DNA of 64,000 nucleotides from Paramoeba atlantica (taxonomy: Eukaryota > Protista > Discosea): NCBI GenBank assembly GCA_977017575.1, contig CDRNVI010000155.1, positions 2,985 to 66,984 of the forward strand. Direction: 5' to 3'. Below the pieces are notes generated by a model that worked only from the letters and a program-made list of their open reading frames with translations, was not told the origin of the DNA and searched no databases. Positions 33,807-45,521 of the stretch are shown piece by piece. The translations under genes and the position numbers were made by a program. Positions within the stretch are counted from its first letter, which is position 1. Each line of letters begins with the position of its first letter.

Positions 33807-36800
33807 ATGTTTGATCGTTGTATTTTGCTCGTTTTTTTTGTTGCCATCACGACTGCTCAAGTCGAAACCATTGAAGGCAAAGGCCCTTGTTTGGATAATC
33901 CTGTACCCGTCACGAAAAAGCCTGTTGCAAAACTTGATTATTCGGGTTGGGAAGGTAGTTTGATCAATGCCTATGTGGCCGCCATTTTGTTGCGGGAGAG
34001 TGGTGGTTTCAATGTCGAGCTAGGCACAGGACCAGGTGTTTATGACTGGTTAGGAATTGCTGAGGGAAGAAAGGATGTGAATTTGGAGGTATGGACTCAC
34101 ACTGAAACTGAGATTCCTCCATCAATTTGGTTTGAAAATCGATCGTTGGTTTCGGCTGGGGCGCTTGGGGTGATTGGGAGGAGTGGTTGGTATATGTCGA
34201 AGTTTGCGATTGACCAGAAGCACGATTTTGCTTCTTATCGGGGTTTTCTTGAGTTTGTATTTTTTTTTTGTTGTTGTTGAGTTTGAGTTTTGTTGTCTCT
34301 CATTCCCCTCTCTTCTCAGTTGTGCTAATGTTGCCGGGTTGGACACGAATGTGACGGAGGGGAACAAGGGACATTTCGCAGGTCTTTTTTTCCTTCCCTC
34401 TCCCTTCCTCCTCTTCCCTTTCCTTCCCCTTCCCACATCCTCATTAATTTGGCACAATACAGCCGCAAACCCGGATTGGCCCGACACCCAAACCAATGCC
34501 CAAATCATTGAGAATCTCGGTTTATGTTTGGAGATGGTGAACTACCTTTCCATCTCCGATTATCTTGATATTCTGTGGCCTGAGAAAGTAGAGGCCAGAG
34601 AACCTTTTCTGTTTTATTACTGGGAACCCACTGCCATATTTGCTCGGTGATCTCTCTCTCTTCTTAAATTTTTTTCTTCTTGAATTCTCTCTTCTTGCTT
34701 GAATTCTCTCTTCTTGCTTGAATTCTCTCTTCTTGAATTCTCTCTTCCTGAATTCTCTCCTCTCTCCTCTCTCCTCTCTTTTCTCTTCTCTTCTCTTCTC
34801 TTCTCTTCTCTTCTCTTCTCTTCTCTTTCTTGAATTCTCTGAATCTCCCCCTCTCCCCCATCTTCACTCAGGTACAAATACATAAACACATCAAATGCTG
34901 ATGACTATCGTTTGGATCGTGTTTCTCTCCCCCGTCGCTCCCCCGATTGTTCAGAACTGGTTTTGTTTTCTCTTTCTCTCCCCTTCTCCCCTCTCATCCC
35001 CACAAAGTGTTCTCATTCCTCTACAACGCCCGTCCACAAACTCACCACCCTTTTTCTATTGTAGTGGGACAAGGGGTTCAACTGTGATTTCGAATCAAAC
35101 GTCGTCATAAAGGTCATGTCCAACCGCCGAGATCTCGATCCTGAACTCCAACATTTTTACAAATCATTCACAATGCAAAATGAAGACCAAGAGATTTTGC
35201 TTGCTGAACTTGCTTACACAGGTAACCTCTTCTCTTGAAATCTCTTCGTAACCTCTCTTGGAAACCTAAAGAGTTTTTGTTTTAATTTTTTATTTTCAGA
35301 AGATACAACCTTCTACAGCTCCGCATGCAAATGGGTGCAACAAAATGAGGCAAAGTGGAAAAAATGGTTCTGGGAATGTCCCAATGATTGTTTCCAGCAA
35401 GGTAAGAAAGGAGGGCGGAAAGAGGGAAAGGGGGGATCTTTCTATATTTTGCCTCATTCTTACCTCTTCCTCCCTTCTCTTTGTTGCTCTCTTTGTTGCT
35501 CTCTTTGTTGCTCTCTTTGTTCTGTTTTATTTTTTTTTGTTGTGTTGTGGTTGTGGTGTGTATTGCATTTGTGTCATAGGGATATGTGAGAATGGAACGT
35601 GCGTCTGTTTGCAAGGCTTTGAGGGAGAATTTTGTGCGTCAAAGATTGAAAATGAGTCTCCTTTTTTTTTCTTCTTTCTTTCTCTACCTCTCTGCTCTCT
35701 TTTTCTTCCTTCTTTCTTCTTTCTTTCTTCTTTCTTTCTTCTTTCTTTCGTCTTCTTTCTTCTTCCTTTCGTCTTCCTTCTTTCCTTCTTTCTTCTCACA
35801 GTTCAATCCTAGGTTTCTGGTCTGTTCAAATGGGACAAAATTTACAGATTTCACTGGACTTGTTGTTGCTCCAGATCTCAAAGACGACCCTCTCTTTATC
35901 AAATATGAACTTGGTTTGTTTTCTCAGAATCTACCCTTCTTAGAACTCTTCCCTGACTTCTTTCCCTCAGTTTGTGATGAAATTATTGATTGTGATAACT
36001 GGGAGGATGAGGAGGGATGTTCTCCAAGTCTTCCAGTGGGAATCATTGTTTTTGCAGTTCTGATCTCTCTAACATGCTTGTTCGTTATTGTTTCGCTGGT
36101 GGTCCTGTTAATGAAGCAGGCTCGAGGGCGTGTTCGCGCAGCTGGTATTGACTTCATAATACAGATTCATATTGGTACCTTTTGGGGGTTAACGAGGTCT
36201 ATTCTCTTCCCTTTCCCCCTTTCCCTTCTTTTTCTTTTTCTATCCCTTTTAACACCACACCACAGTTGCTTCCTCTTCTTTGGAAAAGCCTCCGACGTGA
36301 AGTGTGGGATGATGCCATGGTGGATTGCCGTCCCCTCAGGAGTTGTCATTGCCTCCCTTGTCTCCAAGCAATATAGGGTTTGGAAGTTGTTCCTACACAG
36401 AGGTTTCTTCAGTAGGGTTTCCACCCACCGATTGAAGGCCATCACGGTTATTGTCATGGCGATCGATTGTATTGTCTTGATCATTTGGAGTGCCATCGAT
36501 CTCCCAGAAGAGGGTCTTCGGAAAGTGAATGGAGAGGACCATGCGGTTTGTGTTGCAGATCATTTCTTGCCCTTCTTTCTTGTCTTGATCATTTTCAAAT
36601 TTGTGATCATTTTTGTGAGTGCTGTCCTTGCATGGAAATCACGAGAGGTACCCTCCGCATTCTCTGAAGCAAAACACATTGGCTTTGCGTTGTACAATGC
36701 TGTGTTCTTGATGGTCGTCTTCATCCCCATTATCTTGGCATTAAAGGACCACCCGTTCTTGTTGTGGGTGTTGACTGTATTGGGTCTGTGGTTGTGGTTC

Positions 36801-36959
36801 TTCACCATTTTTCTCCTTGTCATTGGTTTTGTTCATGTTGGGTTATTTAAGGATAGAAACAAGTCTGAGGATGACAAGAATCAGCTTCCTGTTTCTCACC
36901 TGGGTTCCTCCTCCTCCCGTTCCAAGGGAACATCATCAGTGGAGCCAATGGATGATTGA
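33807..36959 (+). CDS. class C (7tm_3) GPCR with OpuAC/ProX glycine-betaine-binding-type ectodomain, EGF-like and partial LDLa module; multi-exon
   Basis: Signal peptide MFDRCILLVFFVAITTA; GWEGSLINAYVAAILLRE, DVNLEVW, LGVIGRSGWY, LFYYWEP; CENGTCVCLQGFEGEFC; CDEIIDCDNWEDEEGC; 7tm_3 motifs KQYRVWKLF and FSEAKHIGFALYN. Confidence 0.85.
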
Positions 36960-37070
36960 GTGCTTTTCCCATTTCGGTCCCGTTTTTCTTTCTGTTTTAT
37001 TTTCCTTTTTCTTATTTTTGCTCAAAAATAAATTATTGGGTTGAAAAAAAATAGTATGTGGTGAGACTTT

Positions 37071-38157
37071 TGCATATGATCAATGTGCACTACTTTGAAG
37101 ACACTTGGCTCTCTGCTCTATTTGTTTGATCCAACTCTTGATCTCCTCCAAGTCAATTCCCAATCTCCTTCAAGTCAACCCTTGGTCTCTTCCAAGTCAA
37201 CCTTCTGTGAACCCAAATAAAGAACACCATTGATGATGTCATCAAAAAGTTTCTCACCTTTTCATGAGACTCCTGAGGACTGCTCTTCAGTTGTCCATTC
37301 AACATATTTCTGACACACCTTCTTTAGTCTGTACCAAAGTAGACATGTTCATTGGCAATGCTGGTTTTGATTTTTGGAACTCATGCTCACTTTTGATACT
37401 GAGATTGAACATTTGTTCTTTGAATTGAAACAACAAACAGTGCCTTGTTTTTGTGAACAAACATTCTGGTGAGGTTTTTTCCTGGAGGCCAGGTTTCCTC
37501 ACAACAACTGATCTTCTATTTTCTTATCTTGTCAGGTCCATTGATGAAAGTGATGCTTTTTTGAAGATTAATCTTGATGATGATCATGCTTCTGTTATTA
37601 TCATTCAAAAGAACCAATTGATAGCTCTGATGATGATATTAGCTTTGAGGATGACCATGAAGTTAATATAGAATACAAAAACCTGACTCTATTGCACAGA
37701 AGCTCTGTGCTCTGAACATGTCTACTTTGGTACAGACTAAAGAAGGTGTGTCAGAAATATGTTGAATGGACAACTGAAGAGTGGTCCTCAGAAGTCTCAT
37801 GAAAAAGCAAGAAACTTCCTGATGACATCATCAATGGTGTTCTTTATTTGGATTCACAGAAGGTTGACTTGGAGGATGAACATGTCTACTTTGGTACAGA
37901 CTAAAGAAGGCATGTCAGAAATATGTTGAATGGACAACTGAAGAGTGGTCCTCAGAAGTTTCACAAAAAAGTGAGAAACTTCCTGATGACATCATCAATG
38001 GTGTTCTTTATTTAGATTCACAGAAGGTTGACTTGGAGGAGACCAAGGGTCGACTTGAAGGAGATTGGGAATTGACTTGGAGAAGATCAAGAGTTGGATC
38101 AAACAAATAGAGCAGAGAGCCAAGTGTCTTCAGAGTAGTGCACATTGCTCATGTGCA
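37071..38157. mobile_element. non-coding foldback/MITE-like element with about 280-bp inverted arms
   Basis: 37071-37352 is the near-perfect reverse complement of about 37877-38157. A partial tandem copy of the right arm lies at about 37713-37876. No TSD is evident. Confidence 0.8.
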
Positions 38158-38305
38158 CTCTCCCTGCCTGAGAAGTCCTTCGTTTAGAAGAAACGGAGGT
38201 GCTCGAAGAAGAGCCCAAGGAGCTTGAAGAGCTTGAGGACTTGGAAGAGGAAGAAGACTTCTTGGTTGATTTAGAGGTTGATGGTTTGGAGGTTTTCGAT
38301 GACTT
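38158..38305 (-). pseudogene. old Gypsy, segment 4: Ser/Lys-rich tail after the chromodomain
   Basis: Continues the SSKSS low-complexity frame interrupted at 45570 (..[10 protein letters not shown] | KSSKTSKPSTSKSTKKSS..). Confidence 0.7.
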
Positions 38306-38353
38306 CATTATGGAATTTTTGTATGGTGCCAACGTGTCAATATTTGATTGGTT
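38306..38353 (+). repeat. left TIR
   Basis: cattatggaatttttgtatggtgccaacgtgtcaatatttgattggtt. Confidence 0.9.
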
Positions 38354-38633
38354 TTGTTTTAATTTAGAAGAAAAAGGGGTTCTTATTTCTAAATACGGGA
38401 GAAAAGTTTGAAAAAAAACCTTGAAATCAAAAAGACATTTGATCCTTTAAAGTGCATAAAAAATTGAATGTACGACTTTTAAAAAAGTGCTTTTTTAATT
38501 ATAAACTTCAGAGAACAATTTAATTTTGAGCAAGCAAAAAGTGGAACCTTTCTCCTTCTTTTGTGGCATCGGTTTTGTTTTTGATTTGTTGAGAGAGTGA
38601 AGATGAACGATTTGATTTTTGAGTTTGCTCAAG

Positions 38634-40564
38634 ATGAGAATAGTCATGTTCATTTCAAGAAGGAAGAAAAAAGTTGAAAACGAAAACGAAAAAGTGAAAA
38701 CCAAGGATCAGCTGAAAAAGTGGAGCAGGAACAAACGATCAAAACCCTCGAAAGAGACTTGTTTTGTGTTTCTTCAACATCAGGTTTCCCCAAGAACCCA
38801 GCAAATACCTTCTCATCTCATTTTTTCCAAGTTAAGGGGAAGATTGAGGCGATTCAAAACTTTCACAAAACTGCTCGTCATCTTGTTTATCAGGAGCTCG
38901 ACACTCAAGTTCAATCGACTCTTAAAAACTTGCGATCTCAAAGTGACAGTTACTCATCTCCATTGAAAGAACGAATTCATTTATTGAATATTGAAATTGA
39001 AAACAAAAAAAAGATATGTTCTCTTCCTGGGATGTTGTCAGAAGAAGAAAAACAGTGTGAACTACTTGCAATTGCTGAAGACGAAGAGTCAATTTCGTTT
39101 TTGAAGGACTTTCTCTTTGAATTTGAAGCTGAAAATCGATATTTTGGAAGGTATTTGGAAGAAGAGCGAAGATTTTTGGAGAGTGGACAAAATATAAGCA
39201 AAAAGGATCAATTGCCTCCAAACCCACCCCAAACCTTGAATGGACAAAAATGGTTGCTGAATATGATGAAAGCTTTTTGTGGCCACGAAACGTTTGATGG
39301 AATGAAATTCCTTGAATTGTGGATAAATTACGTCATTTTAAAGTGAGGTTTTTTCGAAACAAAATTTGAGACTGCAATGAATATTGTTGAAACTGTTCTT
39401 GATGAATTTGCCAAAACTCAAATTCAAAATGAATTGAAGGAAAATAAGTGGGTGCCAGAAAAAGTACGCTCTCAGATTGGGGTTGGGGGGAGGTCTCAAC
39501 AGAAATGCCACGATGAACTTAATCTCTTGCTTTTCTATCGATATTCTAACGAGAATACACAATTTCGAGAAGAGGAAAAACGGTTGGAAGGATTGAACAG
39601 TGAGTCATTGCGGGACGAATGGAAATCAAACTTTTGTAAGTAAAAGATACCGAAGAACTCAGCTCATTTAATCTTGAGAATTGATTTAATGGCAAAGTGG
39701 TGGGCTGACTTTCAAGATTTCTCTTCACGTTCATCCTCATCGTTGAACTCACCTTCATCTTCCTTACCCTCCTCATCTTCATCCTCTTCCTCTTCCTCTT
39801 CCTCTTCCTCTTCATCTTCTTCTTCTTCACCTTCCTCTTTCCTTTTGTTGAAATCTCGTCTGGAGGAAGAATATGAGAAAAGCTCCACAAAAGAACGATT
39901 TGAGAAGAATCACTCATTGAAGACCAAATCATTGAAGTTGCTGGTCTTTGCATTTTCTAAATGCAAAATTCCTTTTCGATTCCGAGTTGGTGATGATGGA
40001 AATTGGAAATTGGGGCGATACACGGGCACTCAAATGCGGCAAGTATTGGAGAATGTCGAAAGAATCTTTTGTTGCAATCCAAATCGACCATCCACAACAT
40101 CATTGTGGGTTACCTTTCGAGAATGTTTTCAAATGCTGACAAGTGACCCCCCAAAAGGGTCAAATCGTGAAGCAGTCACCATTAAAAATGAAAAAAAAAT
40201 TGGTTCTTGGAAGGAAAGCTTCACGGATTGGGGAGGGGAGATGGGTTCCACCTGGCGAATTTATTTCCACATTCTGGAAGCTCACGCAGCGGATACGTAT
40301 CGTCAGTTTGGGAATTTGCGACCTTGGGCAGCAGAAGCTGGGGAGCAGGTCCACTACTTGGATCGTATGCACTTCTATCAGAGTAGCCAACGAGGTTCTG
40401 CAAATCTGAACGCTAAAGTCCTCACAACTGGACTTTGTTTTCGATACAGCCATTCTTTAGCAAATCAATATCAAACCTCTTTGGATATCCCACAAGAAAT
40501 TCGAGCAACCCAAACGAATTTAAATCAAAGAAGTGAAGTGGTGACGGACCCAAAATTGATTTGA
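38634..40564 (+). pseudogene. RAG1/Transib-like DDE transposase (1 frameshift, 2 in-frame stops)
   Basis: ORFs 38720-39346, 39377-39643 and 39674-40564 are one reading frame broken by TGA and TAA. Motifs: HETFDGM (D at 39296, tentative), CHDEL (tentative), HLILRIDL, YTGTQMRQVL, and IYFHILEAHAADTYRQFGNLRPWAAEAGEQVH (cf. RAG1 YFHKTLAH..GSIGAWASEGNE; E at 40343). Confidence 0.8.
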
Positions 40565-40725
40565 GCTGCTCAGGAAGACCTTTTCCTCACATGAATGTAC
40601 GATCTCGAAACTGAAATTTCTTTGAAAGAAGATGGTGATGAGAAATAAAATTTACAAGTTTTTTATCAATTTCACTTCAACCAATTTTTTTGAGGGCTTT
40701 GGTTTGTGTGTTGCTTTCCTTTTAT

Positions 40726-41724
40726 TTAGTTTTTCAGAGGGTTTGATTTTTTTTTATGATTAACAAAAGACGCACCCATCATTTTCAACCCTAAATCAAG
40801 TGGCAAACTCATGTGAAAGTAACGACAAGCACGAATGGCCATTGCAGATTCTGGTGAATTTTTCCAAAGGATTCGAAGTTCGGGGAGACCAACACCACAA
40901 CCACTTTCCCCCCAATCGAAACCCAAATATTGGCAAAATGACAAACCGAAGTTTGAAGCATCTTTGTGGAGGAGGGTTCCACGGCCTCCTCCAATCCAAA
41001 TTTGTTGAGTACATTTCATTGGAAGTTGAACTCTCATATCTTTTCCTGTTTCCTTCCAAGCTGTTTGAAATTTCTCACACATCCCAATCTGTTCCGCAAA
41101 AAAGTTTGAATTCTTTTTTAATCCAGTTATCCACTTCATCAAGCGATACTCTCTTATCTCATACGCAATTAAAAGGGACAAAAGAATTTTCTTCATGTCG
41201 TCCGTTAGATGTTGAGTTTGAGCCCATTCCATTAAAGAGTTTTGAATTTCGTGAAGCCCAAGAGCTATGAGGTTCCACCCCCGAGCATTCTGCTTACATT
41301 TTGGCAGGAGGAGGTTCAAAGAGAGAAGCAAAGATTGAAGGATTGACATTTTGTAAACCTCCTCTTCTGAAGCCACCTGGGAGCAAAAAAACGTGTCATT
41401 ATGACCACTCTGAGACGAAATGTATAAATCCCCAGAAACGACATTTAAAAGGTTTTCCTCAACCAATAAATCCAAGTGCTTTAAAAACCCACCTGATTGA
41501 TCTGAAAGTTGTTCCAAAATTTTGGGTCTGTCATTCAATTCTGGATAGATTCGAAGCCAACCTTTCCGATCCCATTCGTTATTTAACCCCCCTTCTGACT
41601 CATCATTGAACTGAAGGATTTTCAATCCTTTTGTCAAAAAAGCAAAATCAAAGGAGGTGAAGGCCTTTCTTTGAGCTTTGGAGGGAATCTCCTGGAAGTA
41701 ACGATCCAAGTAGGATGCATTCAA
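40726..41724 (-). CDS. TET/JBP-like 2OG-Fe(II) dioxygenase (start codon uncertain)
   Basis: C-terminus GTLLHKDASNFGLSFCQYLGFDWGESGCGVGLPELRILWKNSPESAMAIRACRYFHMSLPL has HxD (40968-40960) and a distal His (40815-40813), with spacing that, from my recall, matches fungal/algal TET/JBP domains. Lys sits where the 2OG-binding Arg is expected. The ORF opens on TTG. Confidence 0.7.
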   Translation of the reverse strand: MNASYLDRYFQEIPSKAQRKAFTSFDFAFLTKGLKILQFNDESEGGLNNEWDRKGWLRIYPELNDRPKILEQLSDQSGGFLKHLDLLVEENLLNVVSGDLYISSQSGHNDTFFCSQVASEEEVYKMSILQSLLLSLNLLLPKCKQNARGWNLIALGLHEIQNSLMEWAQTQHLTDDMKKILLSLLIAYEIREYRLMKWITGLKKNSNFFAEQIGMCEKFQTAWKETGKDMRVQLPMKCTQQIWIGGGRGTLLHKDASNFGLSFCQYLGFDWGESGCGVGLPELRILWKNSPESAMAIRACRYFHMSLPLDLGLKMMGASFVNHKKKSNPLKN

Positions 41725-41982
41725 CGTGCAATCATGTGATCAGGTGCAAGAGGACAGCCTCGAAAACGAACCCCACTTCCTCCAAACTCAAGAACACCAT
41801 GGTTCCCTTCACTTCCCTCAATTTTTAAATCCCAAATTTTCGATTGGATGGATTTGCTTTGATAAGTTTTCCCAAGAAATGTTCAATTCTTGTAAAATCT
41901 CACGAGCGTTTTGAAAGCAGCCCATTTTTCTCAAACTCCTCAAGTTTTTTGCCTTGCCTGCCTGCCCCACAAATTGTGTTTG

Positions 41983-42312
41983 AGATATTTAGCCACCACT
42001 CCTTTCTAAAATTTTTCAACAATAAAAAAATTCAAAAAGTTCCTCAAATTGAACTTTTTGAAGTGTTGAAATAAAAAAAGAGTATTTTTGCTTCCCCACA
42101 AAAAAAAAAGTTTTTGTGGAAAAAGTTTTAAACCTTCAATAAAACTAAAAAATCCTTTTCAGAGGGAGTTTAATTCATTTGAAATATTTAGCCACCACTC
42201 CTTTTTAAAATTTTTCAACAATAAAAAAATTCAAAAAGTTCCTCAAATTGAACTTTTTGAAGTGTTGAAATGAAAAAAGAGTATTTTTGCTTCCCCACAA
42301 AAAAAAAAGTTT
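41983..42312. repeat. two direct copies of an about 130-bp AT-rich unit between divergent ORFs
   Basis: atatttagccaccactccttt...gcttccccacaaaaaaaaaagtttttt occurs at about 41983-42113 and about 42183-42312. Confidence 0.85.
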
Positions 42313-42382
42313 TTTTGTGAAAAAGATCTTTCAACCCTTTCTTCCCTCAGTTTTCCACTTCTATTTTCTTTTCCTTTCCACA

Positions 42383-44484
42383 ATGAAGTGTTTATATTGC
42401 AATTCTGAGATTCAAAACGGTTCAGTTCATTATTGGGGTTTCTTGATTGTTGCTCTGGTTGGTTTTCCAGTTTAATTACAAAATCGAAAATTGAAAAAAA
42501 CACCAAACTCGTCGCCAATTATCTCGTTGGAGTCTCCGATATTTCCAAGGGGTTCGATTATTTCGATTGCAACACAGCATTTTGCCCAGGTTACGTCGGA
42601 TACTCAAATTATTGTGGTGGTTCCTATGTGGATTTTTTGAAGCGAACGTCGTGGTTGGCACGAGTCTCCCCCGCCTTCGAAACCACAATAAAAGTGGACA
42701 CAAACTCACCCCAAATTGACCACGAGAAAAAAAAATATTTCAACCTTAGTGAACAAACAAAAAAGGAGGTTACTTTTTTTTCATCAGTTTGCTGGAAAGT
42801 CAGCTCAGGAATTGGTGAGTCTTCAACTTACCCTCAGTTCTGGATTTGGAAAGAGGTCCTTGAAGAAGGTTCCTTTTGGTATTTGGATCCCGGAAAATTA
42901 CAGAATTTGCAAAGCAACAAAACTTTCCCTCCCCTTTTGAGGCCTCTTATCTTCGACGAAAAGAAACCACTTGTCGGTCGAGTTGAAACCCTCTGTAGTC
43001 AGGGGAAACGGGGATATTCCTGCTTGCTCCAACTCTGCTTACCCTTTCCAAATCAAGGGGACCTTTTCGTTAGAAGTAATTCTTGTGGTGAACCATGGGA
43101 TCCATCAACATCACTAACTCCGTGCCCACTTTTACTTCTAAAGGATTATTTGCTGGTTCTGAGTAAGAAAGAACTCCTTGATTCATTGCTGAATGAAGTT
43201 TTCGTTTTTATTCGAGAAGACGATTTCCCTGCAACCAACCAAGCGATTTTAGAGAAGTTGAACCCCTCCAAACCACTCAATCCAAGGGATGTTTTTGAAC
43301 TCGTTCACTCAACGCCGTTGATTAAAGAAAAGATTCAATTGGACAGAGTGGATTCTCTTTTTCCAAGTTCTGATTACCTCTTCGTCAAGGCCTTGAACAC
43401 TGATCGTCATCTCCCTTGGCAAAAATCAACCAACCAAAAAGCCTCAAAGGAGTTTCAGCAAGGAAAGGAAATGCCAAAGCGCAAGAGGAAGGAAAAATCA
43501 GCCCGAGAAACCTCTCCTCTTCCCTCGATGATCCCCAAGCGACCTCAGACTGCACATCCTCAAAATAATAAGAAACAAACTCCAAAACCCTCCCTGCGTC
43601 CCACACGACACAACCATTCAGAAGATTACATTTTCGATTCCCTCCCAAATGAAAAAAAGCAAAAGAAAGCCAACACGAATAAGGAAACTGATCACTCATT
43701 ACCAGCGACCTCATCTCCACGAGGTTCCCCACTTCCCCAATCACCAGAACTTCAACAATCTCCTTCACCAACTGAAACTGACCAATCCTTACAACCTGAA
43801 AAACCCGTCTCCAGTCAATTAATACTCCACTCTCCTTCAACAAAAATGAAACAATCACAATTAAACACCAATCCACTAACTTTTGAGCCAATGATTTCAA
43901 ACGTACCAACACTTGACCACATTCAACAATTCCACTCTAATTCCACTTCCTCCGATCCAATAGATCGAAACAAATCTATAATTCAACAACTGCCACTTCA
44001 GTCTTTTCAATCAAATTCCACCCCCATTCCATTCAAAGAAGGAGCAACAAACCCCTATCTTTTTATTCAAAATCAACTACCACCAATACCTCAAGTCATT
44101 CAAATTCAATCCAACCCATTTTTTCCTCAACAAGAACCAACTTCTTATGAAACATTTTCAACTCCACAAACAATAATTCAACTCCCACTTCCTCAATCTT
44201 CTCAAACCCAACCAAATTACAATTTCCGACCAGTTCCACGAAACCAAACTTCCTATCAAATACTTTCTATTCAATCACCCCAACAATTCCAACAAAATTT
44301 CAATCCTTCACCCAAAATCCGATTTCAACAAAATGGCAATTCACAAATTTATGGATTGGCTCAACAACCAATGTATCAATCAACGGCGGTGGCAAACCCA
44401 CAACCACTTCGAAATCCCCAACTATCAACGGTGTGTGGCAATGACACATCCTCACAAACCCAAGTATTTTTTTTTTGGATTTGA
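42383..44484 (+). CDS. unknown transposon-borne protein: N-terminal Cys/His cluster, globular N-half, basic/Pro/Gln-rich C-half
   Basis: 683-codon ORF 42433-44484. An upstream ATG at 42383 (MKCLYCNSEIQNGSVHY) joins it through a 1-nt frameshift. A probable intron follows 44463. Confidence 0.6.
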
Positions 44485-44619
44485 ACATTTCTCTTTTTCA
44501 ATTAATATTTTTTATTAATCCATTTTTTTCAAAATTCAGATGAATCAAATTCTTTTACATCAAAGGCAGATGCAGCAAGAACTTGACGAACTGAAAAAGT
44601 TAGTTTTTTCATTTACTAA

Positions 44620-45470
44620 TTAAATTTTTTCCCCTTTTTTTTTCAACATTTTACTAACAATGGAAATAGATCCAAAAAATAGTTTCATTTTTTTCAAGAT
44701 TTTTTTGTAAAATAAATTTAATTTTGTTTCAAAATAATTCAACAAATAATTTCCTTCAAGTGCAACGAAAGCCAGATGCATTTGTAACTTCAATGATTCC
44801 ACAGCATTCAAATTGACTTTTTTTTTTCGTAAATTTTAAAATCAACTCAGATTCACACTTGATCATTCAATCTTCATCAGTTTGAATAACATCAGATTCA
44901 ATCCAATGATGAAGAACGATATTTACCTCCCCATTTAAAAAAATATTGCCGTGAGAACTTTGCGAGAGAATCTTTTTGGTTCGCCATTCAGAACGGTTCA
45001 AAAAGCAAGAATCCAGTTTTTTTAAATCGTCTTGAGAACAGATTCGAGCACATTGTCCTGATTCATCGACTTGAAACTTCACTTTTTCGAATTTTTTCAA
45101 TGGTTCCCAAAAAATCTTACAGAAAATTTGTTTTGGCAACGGTAGCTGAATCCGAAAAGATCGAATTCGTTTCTTCAAGGCAAAATCAAGTCACTTTTCA
45201 AATTCAGGAAGAATCATGGAGTTCACCCATCACTTTGTCTCATTCAAATTGAAACTCTCTTCATCAACAGGAATGGTCTCCATCAGCAGCGGCTGCTGTG
45301 TTTTTTCCACTCCTCTTTTTCGGCGTTTTCTTCGCTTCTCAACAGTTTTTTGTTTCCTCTTTTTCGTTTGTTGAATTTTCTCAGTAATGAAATCAATCTC
45401 CATGATTTCATCTAATGAGATTGGAGGTTCTTTTGGTGTTCGTTTTGGCAGTTTCTCATTCCCTTTCATT
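44620..45470 (-). pseudogene. fragmented ORF of unknown function inside the TIR element
   Basis: Collinear minus-strand ORFs 45230-45556 (MKGNEKLPKR.., basic stretch KRRKRRKR), 44867-45178 and 44620-44811, separated by stops. Confidence 0.4.
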
Positions 45471-45521
45471 GCCAGAATCAAAAACGGAGAACAAAACGAA
45501 AAAAAGTCCGATTTATTTTTT

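Noticed and set aside
34660-34830. Functional repeat (cttgaattctctctt)n + (ctctt)n
   Set aside because: It is an intronic mini/microsatellite, like those at 31011-31065 and 31551-31590. Nothing suggests function.
37081-38147. CACTA termini or RSS-like heptamers in the foldback element
   Set aside because: The inverted match extends beyond CACTAC/GTAGTG, there is no 2-3-bp TSD, and no nonamer lies 12 or 23 bp from CACATTG.
40726-41724. RAG2-like gene, given its convergent position next to a RAG1-like ORF
   Set aside because: No kelch repeats or PHD finger. The C-terminus has HxD..H dioxygenase motifs instead.
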